DNA of 63,002 nt, the filler included, from Circinaria calcarea (taxonomy: Eukaryota), in assembly GCA_051942165.1 (NCBI GenBank). It is 50 parts of 50 records of this genome, joined end to end, with 100 filler letters (N's around TTAATTAATTAA, not from the genome) between each part and the next. Parts side by side here need not be neighbours in the genome. Positions count along the whole stretch, not along the records: positions 60,607 to 61,754 come from JAVECS010005223.1; positions 61,855 to 63,002 come from JAVECS010005224.1; 48 more parts are not named here. One strand, 5' to 3'. A model generated the notes under the pieces. It was not told the origin of the DNA, made no database searches, and worked only from the letters and a program-made list of their open reading frames with translations. Each line of letters starts with the position of its first letter. Position 1 is the stretch's first letter. The translations under genes were made by a program, and so were the position numbers. Below are positions 61,016 through 63,002 of this stretch, piece after piece.

Positions 61016-61981
61016 AACACGCTGCGTATAAATTCTGAATATATACGCAAAGGGCGTATAATCGAGTATTTTACGATTTTCTTATAAAAGTAAAAGCTAA
61101 GGCCTAAAATGCACAGAAAACTAAGCCGAAAAATATAAAAAATTAAACCCTTTACGGCCACTTTAAGTGTTCTGCTGAGACTCCGGTAGAATTTTACTCG
61201 GATCAGACCGGGTCGTGCCCAGATTTATAACCCTTTAACTTCGTTCCTCGTTTCAGGGCAAACAACGATAGTAATATCCCATTCCACCGGAAGCAGAATA
61301 ACCCAGTCTCCGCCCTCCCGGTCCGCCTACTTTATTCTTGTACTCACACACCCCGTTTGCCCTTCTCCCATCTCCCATCTCCCATCTCCCATCCCCCGAC
61401 TGCAAAAAACAAAGCCACGCTCATCTTTTCCGTCCCATACCCTCCTCCGCCTTACCGATGCTCAAGGCATTCGAGACCCAAACTCGCCTCCATACCGTGT
61501 CGACTTTGGAAAGCCAGCCCAACCCGAGACTCTCGACCAGCTGGTGGGAGCCAGTTATCACAGCACATGAGCGGGAGGGTGCATGAGGCGAAGCAGATTG
61601 AAAGATCCTTGAAAAAGGAACGGGAATCGGGGGGCGTCTAAATGCCACGGTCGCGGGAAGAATAGAGAAATGTTGTAGGTAGCTACTAGCCTACTTCTCT
61701 TTTTCTCTCAAAAGCGGCCCGAGGGTGGGGAAGTGGAAGAGGAAAAAGGAGGGGNNNNNNNNNNNNNNNNNNNNNNNNNNNNNNNNNNNNNNNNNNNNTT
61801 AATTAATTAANNNNNNNNNNNNNNNNNNNNNNNNNNNNNNNNNNNNNNNNNNNNCCCCCCCCTTCCTTCTCTGTTCTCCTTTCGTTTAAAACCCCAGACA
61901 GGCTTGTCCTCCGGTACTTTTATCCTCCCTCCCCACCACCTCATCTTCCACCCTCATCTTCCACCCAAAACCGCATCCCAT

Positions 61982-62348
61982 TGTTATGGCGCCACGCCAT
62001 ACTACTAACACATGACACCGGAGGCAGGGGGGGAACTACCATACACCGGCCGATGCTCAGAACGCTTCAGAGAGAGCTTGGCATCAGAACCACCTGAGCG
62101 TGAGGTTTGGCTCAGGGTGCTCCGAGGACTCGGCAGCAGGCAGGAGCCATCTGAGCAAACCATTTCTTTATATAAGGAAATACTGTTTCCTCGCTCATTA
62201 GAATAGCATGCTTTATTTATAGCCCAGCCAATACACTGGAAATGAACAATAGAACCAATAGTAATAGTAAGTTCCAGGGTAATCCGTGCACTACGGAGTT
62301 AACTCTTTATCCCTTTATATAAGTCTAGCCTATCCTAGTACCCTTATA
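61982..62348 (+). mobile_element. Solo LTR (367 bp) with TSD CCCAT
   Basis: TGTTATGGCG..CCCTTATA flanked by CCCAT at 61977-61981 and 62349-62353. Confidence 0.88.
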
Positions 62349-63002
62349 CCCATTCCGTCCCATCCCATCTCCATCCCACCTCCATTCTACTCATTCATTC
62401 ATTCACTTTATCCCCCCCCAAAAAAAGAGGCGAGTTTTTGCCAGAAATTGGAAAAGGAACTCGGAGAAAAATAAAAAAGTTGTAAAAAGCGCGGTTCGAG
62501 TTTTCTTTTTTCTTTTTTCTTTTTCTTCTTCTTTTTGGCTAGAACTAGAATATTAGAAAAATTACTAAACCGACTAAGAAAAATAAAAGGAATGAAAATC
62601 GGAGACAGAACTCCCCCCCCCCTCCAACACCCCCAAAACAAAACTCCGTCCTCATATAAATTGCTCTCAACCCTCAATCTCAACCTCAGCACATTCCCAA
62701 CCCCCCCCAACAAAAAAACACTTTTCATAAATATTTTTTCCGGATTTTGGGATTTTAGAATTCCCCAACCTCCCCTCTTCCCCCTGGCGGTAACACCGAG
62801 CTTTCTCTTCCCCTCCTGCACTATCTAATCGTTGTCTCGGGGGGGGGTTTTTTTTTGATTGCCATGTTGCCCCGACTGGAATTTAGAAGTTTCGGAACTT
62901 CGGAACTTGAAGGTGTAAAGCGAAGGGAAGCGAAAGCGAGGTGAGATAGGGATTTAAGATCAAGGATGTTTTGATGTTTTTGGGATTAAGTGTCTCTTAT
63001 CT

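Noticed and set aside
60555..61161. Three overlapping Cys/Tyr/Met-rich ORFs
   Set aside because: Result of a stop-poor satellite strand.

Overview
This window is not contiguous genome. It is an artificial scaffold of 50 short contigs (about 1176 down to 1148 bp, sorted by decreasing length) joined by 49 identical 100-nt linkers (N44-TTAATTAATTAA-N44, stops in all six frames), so adjacency across linkers means nothing. Most contigs come from a filamentous ascomycete (Pezizomycotina-type introns and RIP-like AT-rich transposon relics; a lichen-forming fungus is plausible but only inferred). They carry fragments of housekeeping genes (YOS9, JAC1, UTP10, SOF1, TPA1, SSL1, GIT1, NSRP1-like, COA6, SGD1, RPL18, MET10, TRM10, SUA5, KGD2, RSM7, SUR7, ATP1, MET3, ARC19). 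Mobile DNA is abundant: a Tad1-like LINE end, solo and nested LTRs with target-site duplications (TSDs), a pogo-like deletion derivative, a PIF/Harbinger end and Helitron-like ends. Two contigs look bacterial (a YdbS/YdbT-like PH-domain pair; an RTX Ca-binding protein plus an orphan ORF). One AT-rich contig carries an ORF readable only with TGA=Trp. The most unusual signal is a ~300-bp dispersed element found in four unrelated contigs, with terminal inverted repeats and a central 14+8+14 bp palindrome resembling a loxP/FRT-type site. All calls are by eye; no database search was run.
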